A stretch of 63,762 bases of DNA, filler included, from Octopus bimaculoides (Eukaryota), in assembly GCF_001194135.2 (NCBI RefSeq). It is 4 parts of 4 records of this genome, joined end to end, with 100 filler letters (N's around TTAATTAATTAA, not from the genome) between each part and the next. Parts side by side here need not be neighbours in the genome. Positions count along the whole stretch, not along the records: positions 25,768 to 53,750 come from NC_069002.1; positions 53,851 to 61,702 come from NW_026405032.1; 2 more parts are not named here. The stretch is one strand, 5' to 3'. Shown in pieces: positions 41,847-54,390 of the stretch. A program made the position numbers and the translations under genes. Numbering within the stretch: the stretch's first letter is position 1; the number at the start of each line of letters is the position of its first letter. The notes under the pieces were generated by a model. It saw only the letters and a list, made by a program, of their open reading frames with translations. It searched no databases and was not told where the DNA came from.

Positions 41847-41850
<4 letters not shown>
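40630..41850 (+). pseudogene. Decayed retroelement ORF: Ulp1/SENP (C48)-like protease domain followed by a PLE N-terminal motif
   Basis: One frame reads LFIHHTRNNHFVLSTNFFGDVYIYDSL...QVGTYDYGLFAVAYAF*LVIGNVPEKFSFDQSEMRAHLRFCLENNKCVPFP. His is at 41029, Asp at 41074, and the QxxxxDCG cysteine is changed to Tyr at 41203. Downstream INLSKLKLSPDDVSVLELGLSIC...FQVVRR resembles the PLE NLS...L.KGL.F.P motif. Confidence 0.65.
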
Positions 41851-41913
<63 letters not shown>

Positions 41914-41914
<1 letters not shown>

Positions 41915-42051
41915 GGTTTAAAATTTTGGGACAAGGCCAGCAGATTTTGGAGAGAGGTAAGTCTTCTAAGATGAGCAGTGTTGAACTCCAATTCATTTTA
42001 TCGACTCCGAAGGGAAGTAAGGCAAAGTCAATCTCTGCGGATTGTGAACTT
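41914..42051 (+). mobile_element. SINE-B 3' domain
   Basis: ttttgggacaaggccagcag...ttttatcgactccgaagggaagtaaggcaaagtcaatctc; truncated by a gap. Confidence 0.65.
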
Positions 42052-42383
42052 NNNNNNNNNNNNNNNNNNNNNNNNNNNNNNNNNNNNNNNNNNNNNNNNN
42101 NNNNNNNNNNNNNNNNNNNNNNNNNNNNNNNNNNNNNNNNNNNNNNNNNNNNNNNNNNNNNNNNNNNNNNNNNNNNNNNNNNNNNNNNNNNNNNNNNNNN
42201 NNNNNNNNNNNNNNNNNNNNNNNNNNNNNNNNNNNNNNNNNTATATCATATCATATGTGACAATTACTTGGTTTTATGACAACCAACTAATTGTCACATA
42301 TGTTTATAGATAAATTCTTCTATTTTATGTAATATCGAGGTCTCATTCATTCTTTTCTTGTCATATTATTATTATTATTATTA

Positions 42384-42435
<52 letters not shown>

Positions 42436-42961
42436 GATTATTATCATCATTATTATTATTATTAATATATATGTATATATAGATATGTATATATATACAC
42501 ACACACACATATATATGTGTGTGTGCGAGTGTGTGTGTTTGTGTATGTGTGTTTGTGCCTGTGCGCTTATTGACTTCATGGTCACTTCTGTAGTTAATGT
42601 CAAACTATTAATTTTGTTTTATAAATAAAAGCGCATGAATAATTCAAGTGCCTCAAACCTATTCATGGAAGTAAAGATATGAAAATGAGATTTATATGAT
42701 ATCAATTAATTAAAGCAAGCAATTGTGTACCCTTCTACATTTCTCCATCCCTTCCTCTCCCAGTTTATCCCATTTCCTTTACATACTTTAATACACACAC
42801 ATGAGCGCACACACATACGCTCACGCACCTACAAACACACACACACAAACTCACATATGTATGTATACACATATATATATGTATTCATATATATGTATGA
42901 ATATATATATATAGATAAATAGATATGTATATGTATATATATGTATTTTATTTATATATGC

Positions 42962-43008
<47 letters not shown>

Positions 43009-46000
43009 TATATATATAGGTATATGTATATATATATATATATGTATATATTTATATACGTACATATATATAAATATATATATGTACGTATATNNNNNNN
43101 NNNNNNNNNNNNNNNNNNNNNNNNNNNNNNNNNNNNNNNNNNNNNNNNNNNNNNNNNNNNNNNNNNNNNNNNNNNNNNNNNNNNNNNNNNNNNNNNNNNN
43201 NNNNNNNNNNNNNNNNNNNNNNNNNNNNNNNNNNNNNNNNNNNNNNNNNNNNNNNNNNNNNNNNNNNNNNNNNNNNNNNNNNNNNNNNNNNNNNNNNNNN
43301 NNNNNNNNNNNNNNNNNNNNNNNNNNNNNNNNNNNNNNNNNNNNNNNNNNNNNNNNNNNNNNNNNNNNNNNNNNNNNNNNNNNNNNNNNNNNNNNNNNNN
43401 NNNNNNNNNNNNNNNNNNNNNNNNNNNNNNNNNNNNNNNNNNNNNNNNNNNNNNNNNNNNNNNNNNNNNNNNNNNNNNNNNNNNNNNNNNNNNNNNNNNN
43501 NNNNNNNNNNNNNNNNNNNNNNNNNNNNNNNNNNNNNNNNNNNNNNNNNNNNNNNNNNNNNNNNNNNNNNNNNNNNNNNNNNNNNNNNNNNNNNNNNNNN
43601 NNNNNNNNNNNNNNNNNNNNATATATGCATGTAAGTATGTATGTATTCATACATTCTGCTTTGCATTTATTAATAGATAGATTGAATTGTAGTTAATTAA
43701 TTTCAAGCAGGACAAATATATTACAATATCGTTTCATGTTAAACACACATTTCAAGATTACAATATCACATAGTCGAAGACAATTGATAGTAATAGAGAT
43801 TCCGAAGTAGGTACACTGTGATAAGAAATATAATTAACAAAATTTTGAGGAATCCAGGCGTTTACTAACGTAATTAACTCTGCATTGCACTAAATTCTTT
43901 AAAATGTAATTATATTTGCTGTATGAGCACTAACAAATAACCAACAGTATTGCGCTTTAAACAAAATTATTATCCAATAATCGCGGTTTTTTTGTTAAAA
44001 GTGCAGCTCTTTAGGAACCTGATTTTTGGAAAGAGTTTTCTTCAGGCAAGTTCCAATAATAAAGAAATGGTAAACAAGTTTCCTCTATTAACACTATAGA
44101 TACCGGTCTAAACAAATGAAATACATGAGGAAGCGTCACGAAATATTTTATGAATACTATTTCACTGGCATGCATACAAGGCATTAAGTATTATGATTAA
44201 TGGAATTAGAACCCACTGGAAATCTCGCTTAGCTGTTGATTTAATTTATAGAAATTATATCAGCTTCTTCAACACAGTTGATGGCAGGTGGCAATTGTCT
44301 CTAATATTTCGTTTCTATAATCAGTATGTGTCACTATCAAATTCATTTTAATTTAAATTTTAACTGCCAATTCAATTTTTATACAAGTACAATTAGTTTT
44401 TTTTTTTCTTTTTTTTTTTTGGATTGAATTCAGTTTCCGGTTTCTCACACCTGGGTTTCTCACCTTCGAAAAGATGCAATTCCGTCAAATTGGATTGGAA
44501 GTTTTGGATAAAATTCGGTCAAACTAGATCGGAAGGTTTGGATGAGGTTTTACATATAATGTGGTTTTACACATATCATTTTGTGATAAGGTCTTTTAAA
44601 TTGGTTTATGCGAAATAAACATGCATTGAAGAAGTAAATGCTATAAACCTATAATATGGCTGACAATTGTTATGAGACAATGTTGAAACTGATTGCGAGA
44701 TACTTGAACTAAATATTATTCTTTCCGAGAAGAATGTTATAGAATCCATAAATTATGTTTTCTTGCTACCATAGGCTTTTAATTCATTCATTGGTAGATA
44801 TTAATTGACTAGTCGCCAAATATCCTTGACATTGTACAGATTTTCAATATTGGTTAAAATGTTTCACGAATTTCATACTGCAAAGAGAGCGGTTTACTAT
44901 TTGAACGTAGTTATACTGTGGAGAATAGGTTTATCACTTTACACTATCAATGCAGGAAGGTGAAATCCCAATGATCAGAGTAAGCAATGTTATGTGAAAT
45001 TAAATTCTCTGTTATTTATTCACGTATCCTAGTGTCCGTGTACCACAATACTCTGTTCTGAAGGAAATATAAGATGAGAGGAAAGAAAACTATGTTTGTG
45101 AAAGGAACAAATGCAGAGGACATCACATTACGACTTCTATCACTTTCTATCTTTCCACCACGAATAACTAGAAAACGACTAGCATAATAAATAACTACAC
45201 ATTTCATTAATAACTTAGACAATAACAACTGCTATACTTGGACTGATATCAGTAAAGAAATATTCGCCAAGATCAGTAGAAAAAGTGGCAACAAATAATG
45301 TACGAGATGATAATCTAAAATGGCATCAGCAAAATTTAATAACGAATAACTAAAACTGTTTAACTACGGCGATAAAAACACAACAAAAACTCTACCAAAT
45401 TTAATAAGAGGAACACATCAATATTTGACTTCCGTTTTGCTAAAGCATTGTTTTAAAATGCTTGGTTAGCTGATTATTCACTTTCAGACACTTCAGTAAT
45501 TAAATCTCGTGTATTGTATTATTACTTGCCTGGAAATATGTGAAGATATTAAATTCGAATCTTTTAATCAAAACAATGTTATTACTTTAAACCATCAATT
45601 ATGCAATTACTAGTCATGTCGCTGTATTTTGCAAGTAATCGGTCAAGTTCATTTGCTATGAAATATAAGACGAGAATATTGTATTGTCGAGGATACTGTA
45701 TCAAGTGAATGAATCTGAATTTCGATTTTAATCCGGGTATAATAACGTATGGAAATAGAAAAGAAATAAAATTCTATGTAGAACATAATAACTGGATGAA
45801 TCAACAGAAAAAGTTTTCATCTTCTTGACGTGCGTCTCGGGTAAATGAGCTTAGCAACATCCAACCTTGTGAATAGTTTTGACGTCGACAGGAAATTGAA
45901 GTTAAAGTAACAAAGAGAGACAAGCGAACATAGAATTGAATCTTTCTGGTAGAGACGATTATTCCGCTCTTACAATAAGACTTCTTGGCAAATCAATCTG

Positions 46001-46356
46001 CACTGACCCTGAGAGACATGATCGTAGACCTAGTACGCTGCACAGACAACAAATAATAACTGCAGCGTCTTGCAGTGAGTATTACATTACCTATGTGTTT
46101 ATGGATAAACTTTATCAGCCGCGTAAAGCTACAGTTTTGTAAAACACCAATTATGTGATCAACTAAAAATCAAAATCAGTTATCCCTAATTAGCAACCCG
46201 TATAAAATATAACCATATTCAATGTGGAAACAGAATATATCTATAAATGGATGTGTAAATCTTAATATTTGCAATACATATATAAGTACCCATTAGGGCC
46301 ACTAAATATGTACAAGGTAATATAGTTCTTTTGCATTAAATATCTTGAATATTAAA

Positions 46357-46510
46357 GGCACAAGGCCTGAAATGTTGGGTGTAAGATTACATCGACCCCA
46401 GTGAACAACTAGTATTTATATCACCGACACCGAAAGACTGAAAGGCAAAGTCAATCTCGACGAATTTTGATCTCAGAACGTACGAAGTTGTAACAATTCT
46501 GCTTACTCGC
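46357..46510 (+). mobile_element. SINE-B 3' domain
   Basis: ggcacaaggcctgaaat...gattacatcgaccccagtg...ccgaaagactgaaaggcaaagtcaatctcgacgaattttgatctcagaacgtac. Confidence 0.65.
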
Positions 46511-46984
46511 AACTAGTCCTCTACATCTGAAATGCTCGCTTTCTAAAGTTAAAATGCATGTACAAAAAATGGCTTCTGAATGTATTAATAATATTGTGAT
46601 TGTCACTTGCAGTTCTAACTTCAGCCTGTGTTGACGAATTGTATGAGAGTTAAAGGCGAGATCTGTATTTTGGAATACGAATCTCTCTTTCAATTAATCG
46701 GCATTGAATAAGGATCTCATAAATCGGTTTGATCCCAAAGGGAAGATAAATTTGCAACGATAATTTTCATCGTTAGATCGGCCTTTACGTCTTAACAAAT
46801 GTTCTTTATCGGAAGCCTACAAAGCAGCTGCTCATTTGAGCAAACGCTCTCCAAGCAAATACAATTCCGTGGGAGTACAATGATGGGGGACCAGAAACAA
46901 AGTCAAAGCTTTTTTCAAGGACAGCACTAACATTTTGTTTAGTTAAATGGAATTGCTATCGCAATGTGATCATTTATCTTTGAC

Positions 46985-47170
46985 ATATTCCAGTCATTCG
47001 ACTGCGGCCATATTAGGATACAGCCTTGGAAGGCCTCGACGGACAAACCATGTCCAAATGCTATTTTCAAACTGGTACAAATTGTACCAGGGATTTTGTC
47101 GCATGAGTAGGTTACAGTGAGATAAACGAACTCACAACGGTTGTCAACAGATAGTGACAACAAACACACA
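46985..47170 (-). mobile_element. Diverged SINE-A-like 3' fragment
   Basis: cagtcattcgactgcggccat matches the SINE-A tail; cggttgtcaa...caaacacacac follows. Confidence 0.5.
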
Positions 47171-47216
47171 CACGAACTTATATATAAGAATGCGTGAACG
47201 GGAACACAAACGAACA

Positions 47217-47253
<37 letters not shown>

Positions 47254-47262
47254 ACACATATA

Positions 47263-47297
<35 letters not shown>

Positions 47298-48199
47298 NNN
47301 NNNNNNNNNNNNNNNNNNNNNNNNNNNNNNGGTATTGCAAATTCTAGAGGTAATACTTGATAAGTGTAAGCACCTGTATATGACAGAAAGTGACCGAGGT
47401 GAAAGAATATATTAAAACGTAAAATGAAAACAGAACACAAAGGATTCCGCGGTAAACGTGTTTCAACCTTTATACACAAACAGTCGTTGCATCATTATAT
47501 GAGTATATAATTGATAGAAAAGATGGTTTAAAGTTATCTTCAGCCGCAAACATATTCGGTCCCAAGTTTACATCACAAAGAAAAAATCACAAAGAAAAAA
47601 GAAAAAGGAGAGAAAAAGGAAAAGTCCACTTAGTATTATCCACTGTAGAATGCTTATCCTTTAAATTGTTATATCTAAATAAGAGTTACTCGGTTTTCAA
47701 AAATCTGTCCATATTGTACCACAATTCAGGGTAGAGTGAATGATAAATAAATATAACTAGCGTATATGAGATAGAGGGAGAGGATAAAAAATGAAAGAAG
47801 TTAGAGATTAAAGCAATATAAATTACGAAAAAAAAAATACAATATGAAATAAAAGATAAAATACAAAAATAATACAAGTCAAATCGAGGGTAATATAAGA
47901 AAACATACGGATACTAAAGTAAGATGCATATAAAAGATTTAGCAGGGCTGGAATAAGGTAATAAAAGAAATAAAGGAATTGGGGTAAAGAAATGGAAGAA
48001 GTTTAAAAAAATGAAATAAAAGAAGTAAAGAAAAATAGTAATAAAAAAACTAAAAATAGAAAAAGATATAAAGACAAATAAAGAGATAAGATCCTAAATG
48101 ACAGACATACATGATGCTGTCTTGGCCAGGAATAGTGGGGGGGGGGAGGCAAAAATAATTTCTTAGCTAGAGTAAGATTGAAATATGATATCCTTGGAA

Positions 48200-48905
48200 T
48201 GAGTGGTCAGTTTACCCAAAGCAGACCACTACAACTTAAGTATATGAACTTGAAAGTATATGAAAGATATCTACATGACTGTTTCATTCTTTAACACGAA
48301 AGTATAGGGAGACTTAAATAATTTCAAGCACTTCTATGGATTTGACATGAACATTCAAGTTACGATGGAATATAGCCACCAACAACTTCCATTCCTCGAC
48401 ATCCTCATTAAGGAATCCAACCACAAAATAGAAACAAACATATAGTATAAGCCCACAAAATCCAAACAATATCTTCCGTTCAATTTATGCCACCCCAGAT
48501 ACACTAGAATGAATATCCCTTACAACATGACAAAAAGGATTTATACTATAGTATCTAATACAAGCACCAGTGACATATGACAACATGACCTAAAGGATAA
48601 ACTCATCAGTAGGAACTACACACCATCACTAATTGATATAGGCTTTCAACGTTCCCTACAACTCAACATCCACGAACTCAGGCACTACCAAACTAAAGAA
48701 AGATTTACAACCAAAAGCTCTACCATACATACGTCTACCACGCACAGCACCCTAAACAATAAGGCCTTCGACACCATCCACCAGAACCTCCCTTTACTAA
48801 AAAGGGACCATAGAATGGACCAAATCCTCCAAACGCCCACCATCATAAAGAGCAAAAGACGGCCCAATTCAATGAAAAGTCTTCTAAAACAGGCCGTAGT
48901 GCACT
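48200..48905 (+). mobile_element. PLE reverse transcriptase fragment (pseudogene)
   Basis: Reads RYLHDCFI (YxDD-like), VTMEYSHQQLPFLDILI, YKPTKSKQYLPFNLCHPRYTRMNIP, IIKSKRRPNSMKSLL: PLE RT core end and thumb. Confidence 0.8.
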
Positions 48906-49009
48906 CGTCAAAAAAATCCTTTGTGAATGCTTGGTAGCCCGGTAGTAGTAAATCTGAAGGAGTAGTTGTGAGTACAGAGAATTTATGATTTAAGCAGGAG
49001 CAGCCGAGA

Positions 49010-49170
49010 GAGGAGGTGGAGGAGAAGAAGAAGAAGAAGAAGAAGAAGAAGAAGAAGAAGAAGAAGAAGAAGAAGAAGAAGAAAAAAAGGGGGAAGAAGA
49101 AGATGAAGAAGAAGAAGAAACAGGAGGAGAAGAAGAAGATGAAGTAGGAGTAGGAAAAGAAGGAGAAAGA
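49010..49170. repeat. (GAA)n-rich microsatellite
   Basis: Directly visible. Confidence 0.9.
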
Positions 49171-49921
49171 GATAGAAAACAAAATACAGGAGTGCTGTGA
49201 CATAGTAGATTTTGAGTAGAATTTTCTTTAATGGTTAAATGACCTAAAAATGACCTGTTGTGGTCATAGCAGTAGTGGTTGGGATTGTTCTAAATTCTTT
49301 CATATGTGGTGGAAGCATTCAAAAGCGTTCCATAGAAGATTATGGAAATATTTACAAAACATTTCACTTATTTTTTTTCTCTAATTCAATTGTTTATCTT
49401 ATTTTAATCTTACTTGAAAAAGTCTAAAAGACATAAACCGGTACTAAAATGTACTTCATGATTAAATTATTTTAGCATTTTCTACCTTGTCTTATTTTCC
49501 TTATACAAATCAACACATGTGTTACTTTTCTACCTTCTACAAACATATATATATATTCTCAGGATTAAATAAAAAGACAACAGAAAATTATGGATCCCAC
49601 ATCTTACCTGAAGCGTTTTGTATCATGAAGTTATTTATTTCATAATGTCTGACACACCTGCATTGAAGCTTTTTTATCAATGAAATTCATGTATGAGAAA
49701 GAAAAGCAACTATTTATAGCAAACACTCAAATATAATAATGGCACTTACAAAAATGAATGTCCTAGCATACTTATGAGCGAACAGTGTGAATGAAGTAAG
49801 AAGGGTCATTGAAGGTAATTTACTGGTAAATAAAGCAAAATATCAATGAAATACTTGCAGGAATTATGATTGATAACGGCAACAGTTTGGCGTAGATGTG
49901 AAGATTGCAGTAGAGGAATAA

Positions 49922-51110
49922 CTACTCTAGGGCTGCTTCATAGACTACATTTTTAGTTTTTCCTTCGGGAGCATAGATGAATAAGTTCTCTGGATGGCCA
50001 ACTCTAGTACAACCGACATAGACCTGTCCATGTGAAAAGCACGACGTTCGAAGGTCCAATCCGACAACTTTCAGCGACTGACCTTGTACTTTGTTAATTG
50101 TCATGATTAAACTGAGTTTGAGAGGGAACTGAAGTCTCTGTATAGCGTAGGAGCAGTCTGCTGGTGTTAGCGGGATTTCCGGAATGAAAACGGTATCGTT
50201 TTTGCCGTGTCCCATGATAATTTGGGCTTCAATGACGTGGTCCATCATTTGTTTGTCCACAAGGCGTGTTCCATTGCGTAGTATGGGTGCGTTTAGATTG
50301 CGTAGGAATATGATAGGGTAACCGACTTTTAAGTGAATTTTATGGGGATGGAGTTGCGAAATTTTGTTGAAAAGTGTGAAGCTTGATCGAGGTCGGTAAC
50401 GGTGACCACTGATCTGTAACAACGTTCTTGAGAAGGTAGCTGACTGAGTAAGGTAGCTGCATTTGTCGTGGAGCCAATTTGATTTTGTGTATGCCGTTGT
50501 AAGATTTGGATAAACGGCAGAACATAAGTTATTGGGGCTGGAGACAGTGTGGCTAATGGAGTTAGTGTCGATTGTCGTCGGTACATACGTTGTCGTAATT
50601 TGTCCATTGCTGATTCTAAGGAGCAATTCCGAAAATTGGGTTGTAGGCTGACCAGTGTGTAGTAGTGATCTCATATTGACGGTGAGATGTTTCGATTGGA
50701 CTTGCGATTGGACATGAAGTACATCGGCGGGTGTTCTGTTGACTATAACAGGCACAGTTTGTTGGAGATGTGCAATAAGTAGAGTCGAACTTCCAAGAAT
50801 GTTGTTGTTCGATCTAAGGTCTCTCATTGTGTTATCAAGTGCTTGTAGAGAACATTTATGTGACATACTTGCTAATCCCAAACAATGAATTTGCACTTTT
50901 TCAAAATTGTCGCTTCGTCCGAGGAATGTATTATGTGACACGTTGGGATTTCTGGATGTGTTACAATGAAAGGCATTTTGGAAGTAGAAGGCTGTTCCTG
51001 AGGAGACAACAGCAATAGCAATGACACCAATATGCCGCAACTTTGCAAGAAGTAGATTCAGGAGGGATGTTTTCACAGTTCCACCGGGTGCGTCTAAGAA
51101 GATGTTTCTG
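49922..51110 (-). pseudogene. Helitron PIF1-like helicase, decayed
   Basis: IFLDAPGGTVKT (Walker A G>V), IAIAVVSSG, LKVGYPIIFLRNL..PILRNGTRL, RLQFPLKL..IMTINKVQGQSLKVVGLDL...FSHGQVYVGCTRV. Compensating frameshifts occur around IVWD(E). Confidence 0.9.
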
Positions 51111-51482
51111 CTAGTGTGTGTGTAGATGTTTCCGAAACCATTAACTGTAAGATGAAACCATGTAAACAAGTATGGAGACAATGATGTAAAGAAACAAATG
51201 ACACTGATTGACTTTTGTATAACAAAATATATAGACATGCATACATATAAATAGCGACGACATGAATTTTTTCCATCTCACTTAGTTAAAATATTCAAGA
51301 AAAATTATATTAATGTGTCCTAATGGTTAAAGTTCTGCCTATCTATTTGTGCAGCTGAAAATGGAACTACATTAAAATTGATGTAATGATTGATTTGTTC
51401 AATTAAATTCAGCTGCTTGAAACTGTCGTACTGCATCACTACTTGATATCATGTTGCTTATTTTGATTAGATATATATATAT

Positions 51483-52800
51483 AGGGAGAATTCACAAAAA
51501 AAGAACAAAGGACGAAGACAGGTGGTGTAGTCAACAAACAGATGTTTTAGTTTAACGCTCGGGAAGTGAAAAAGTCTTTAACGTTTCGAGCCTACGCTCT
51601 TCCACAGAAAGCGACACAGGAAGAAACAAGGAGAGAAAATAAAGAATGTGGAGTGGCTAGCGATTTATCATGGCGAATGCCGGACAGAAGGGAGAGCTAG
51701 GGAGAAGGAGAGATAATAAAGTAGTGGTGATCCCAAAACGATGGTGCGCGTGCGTGGGTATAAGAGAGTAGTTATGTGTGTGTGGAATAGGTCTGGTGAA
51801 CTTCACGTGTACGTGTGTATTTGAAGGTGTACAGACGTGGGGCTAGGCAGTAGTCAGTGCTACTGTGTGCGTAGTGATGTGATGCAGTGTTGTATGGCAG
51901 TGTGTAGTATGGTGTAATGGTGTGGTGTGATGGTGTTGCGAGGTGTTGAAAGTGGTGAAAACAAGGGGGTGGGTTAGGCTGAGAGTGGGGGTAGAGGTGA
52001 AGTATGCGGGAGTGGGTGTAAATGATGGGTGGGGTGAAGTGGGGTGGGATAGGGAAGGTGGGATTGGAATGTGGTTACGACGGAGGGGTGACGATGAAGG
52101 GGAAGGAGAAAGTGGGTTGGAGTAAAGAGAAGAGAAGGATAGTAGGAGAGAAATGAAGAAGTAGGAGTCGCAGGACGAGAGGAGAGGTGGGTGGGAGTAA
52201 GTAGGTGTGAGGGGGAGAGAGGCGAGGGTAGGAGGTTAGATGAAGAGGGGAGGAGAGTTGAGCCCATTTGGTGTAAAGAAGCGAAGAGAGAAGATTAATC
52301 CCTGTTCACGGCATAAACGGGAGTCCGGACGGCCGCTGTGCAAGGACAATCCGAACACGGACAGGTGTTGCAAAGAGAGACCGGTAGAGCGGAAATGGGC
52401 GAGACCGGGGTGTCATTTCCGAGTCAGATTTCACGGAGATGTTCCGCGAGCCGGTCAGCTTAGCGGCGTCCCGTTTGCCCGATGTATAGAGAAGGGCAGA
52501 GAGAGCAGGAGATGCAATAGATGACATTGGTAAAAGTGCAGGTGAAGCAGTTGGCGATGTGATAGGGTCGATCACAGGTGCCGATGAGGAGGGTTGTTTT
52601 GGAGAGGAAAGAGCAACTGCGGCAGCGTGGGTGGGAGTAAGGGAATAAGCCGGGTTAGCAGGTTGGGTTAGGGAAGAAGCTGTGGGCCAAGAGATCTCGT
52701 AGGTTGTGCACTCGTTTGAAGGAGGGGGTCGGTTAGGGGAGATGTGCGAAGTGGAGGAGTCGGACTGGAGATATAAAGGGAGCAATAATATTATTCCATG
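51483..52800 (-). mobile_element. PLE 3' portion: Cys-rich linker, GIY-YIG endonuclease, 3' UTR and hammerhead
   Basis: Minus-strand translation TCTFTNVIYCISCSLCPSLYIGQTGRR*ADRLAEHLREI...HLSVFGLSLHSG...REQGLIFSL...PNGLNS; the YIG motif is at about 52470-52491 and the stop near 52236. Confidence 0.85.
51574..51611 (-). ncRNA. Degenerate minimal hammerhead ribozyme in the PLE 3' end
   Basis: CUG(U)GGA-A-GAGC guag GCUC-GAAAC GUU A: perfect 4-bp stem II and a palindromic AACGUU stem III, but core A6 is mutated. Confidence 0.55.
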
Positions 52801-52859
52801 AGCGTTAGGAATAAGAACGCTTGCTTACATAGAGTTATAAAGGGAGGGGGCTGTAAACG

Positions 52860-53290
52860 TAATGATAAAGGTTTAAATTAAATTATTCAAATGGGGAAGG
52901 AAGGCAAAATAGATCATGGTAAAGAAAACTAAAAATCGTGTGCTAATTGCTAACTACTTAGTTAGTTCATCGACGCAGGTCTCCAAGAGAATTTCAAATC
53001 ATTATTCGTCGTTTAGGGATAGGAATAAAACTAGCACTACTGGCCTAAGTAAATTTATTTGGGAACTAAAAGATTGCAATAAGCAATTCTCTTTGAAATG
53101 GTCTATACTGGCTACTTCAGTTCCCTACGACAAAGTAAGGATTTTTGTCCTCTTTGTAACATGGAACTTTTCTGTATCCTGTTCTCCAAGAATCGCCTAG
53201 TTAATCAAATAAGTCAGAGGGCGTATCGTTGTCAGCACTTCAAGAAACATACCTTCTTTTATTACCCTGAACTCCATCATTCCAACTAGG
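52860..53290 (+). mobile_element. GIY-YIG endonuclease end of a second, Naiad-like PLE
   Basis: KRISNHYSSFRDRNKTSTTGLSKFIWELK...WSIL...PY...KDFCPLCNMEL...LVNQ...RCQH fits the LSKxIWxLK / CxLCxxE / CRH pattern I associate with Naiad PLEs. Confidence 0.7.
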
Positions 53291-53716
53291 TTAGGTTTTA
53301 AGCATTATTATTAGTTATTTTTAAAAAAAAATTATTATTATTATTATTATTTGATTTTTTTCCTCACTAAATGTCCTCTGAATAATATCTAGTTCTACAT
53401 CCACTGTAACTTGTCTTTTATTTTCCCCTTCTATAGTTGATTAAGTAATTTCCTTCCCACTAATGCTACTTGAGTTGCTTTGTACCACTAGTTGCTTTGC
53501 CTTATATCCGTCCTTCTCCTTATAAGCATGTATATTGTTGTTATTATTATTTCCCAACAAAATATCCTATACCTCGTTCTTCCATTGATTAGCGCTAACA
53601 TCAGTATATTAATATATCACAGGGTAATGTTGTTTCATTTATCATGTTTACATTCTTCGCTTCAAATCAGTATGTTATTAATCTTAATAATTTTAATATA
53701 ATCTTAAACAAAACAC

Positions 53717-53750
<34 letters not shown>

Positions 53751-53850
53751 NNNNNNNNNNNNNNNNNNNNNNNNNNNNNNNNNNNNNNNNNNNNTTAATT
53801 AATTAANNNNNNNNNNNNNNNNNNNNNNNNNNNNNNNNNNNNNNNNNNNN
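53751..53850. other. Artificial join spacer N44-TTAATTAATTAA-N44
   Basis: Same structure as 25668-25767. Confidence 0.9.
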
Positions 53851-54390
53851 ATATCTGCTCAATCTAGACTGACCCCTGAGCAAAGAGCAAACTGCGGCCC
53901 ACGGGACTTTCTGAATGACACAACTAACGAAAAATTACCTTCTACTTTTCTTTAGTGGTGCAGCCTGCCTGAGCTTTCCCCATCTGCTGTATCGCCTCAA
54001 AAAATGGCAAGTGCTCATAAGATTATGTAATGTAATCCAAGTAATATTATGTTTGAATAAAACATGAGATTGTCATAACTGGAAACTCTTTGATCTAAAG
54101 TTTTCTCAATCCAGCAGCAGGCTTGAAGCCAAACAACAATAATATACTAAAAAAAAAAAAATACTAGAGCTTGCACATAATCACTGAAACTGCTAAAAAT
54201 AGCAGTCAAAAAATCCACAGTCAAGTGCCTTAAAAAAAAAGATAAAAACACAGATAATTTAGTGCTAGATACACTATTATTATTAATGGATGATCTGTTC
54301 AAACAAAAAGGGATGGGTTTGTAGCGGGCTGGATGTAGTGTGCCATATTAATTCGATACGATGTTAGCCCACTACTAAACGTAGCGTATA

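Noticed and set aside
45950-46074. Exon ending in a gtgagt donor
   Set aside because: Weak acceptor, adjacent to a decayed SINE-like head (about 45800-45910), and an unrecognisable peptide.
49922-51238. 438-aa ORF as a host PIF1 helicase gene
   Set aside because: Intronless, with a mutated Walker A, compensating frameshifts, internal deletions and a TE-dense context: a Helitron relic.
48200-52800. PLE RT and the YIGQTG endonuclease as one element interrupted by the Helitron
   Set aside because: They lie on opposite strands, so this would need an additional inversion; treated as separate copies.
52860-53700. Selenoprotein-type Naiad element
   Set aside because: Some Naiads are reported to use Sec, but I see no in-frame UGA at a conserved Cys and no SECIS fold here.
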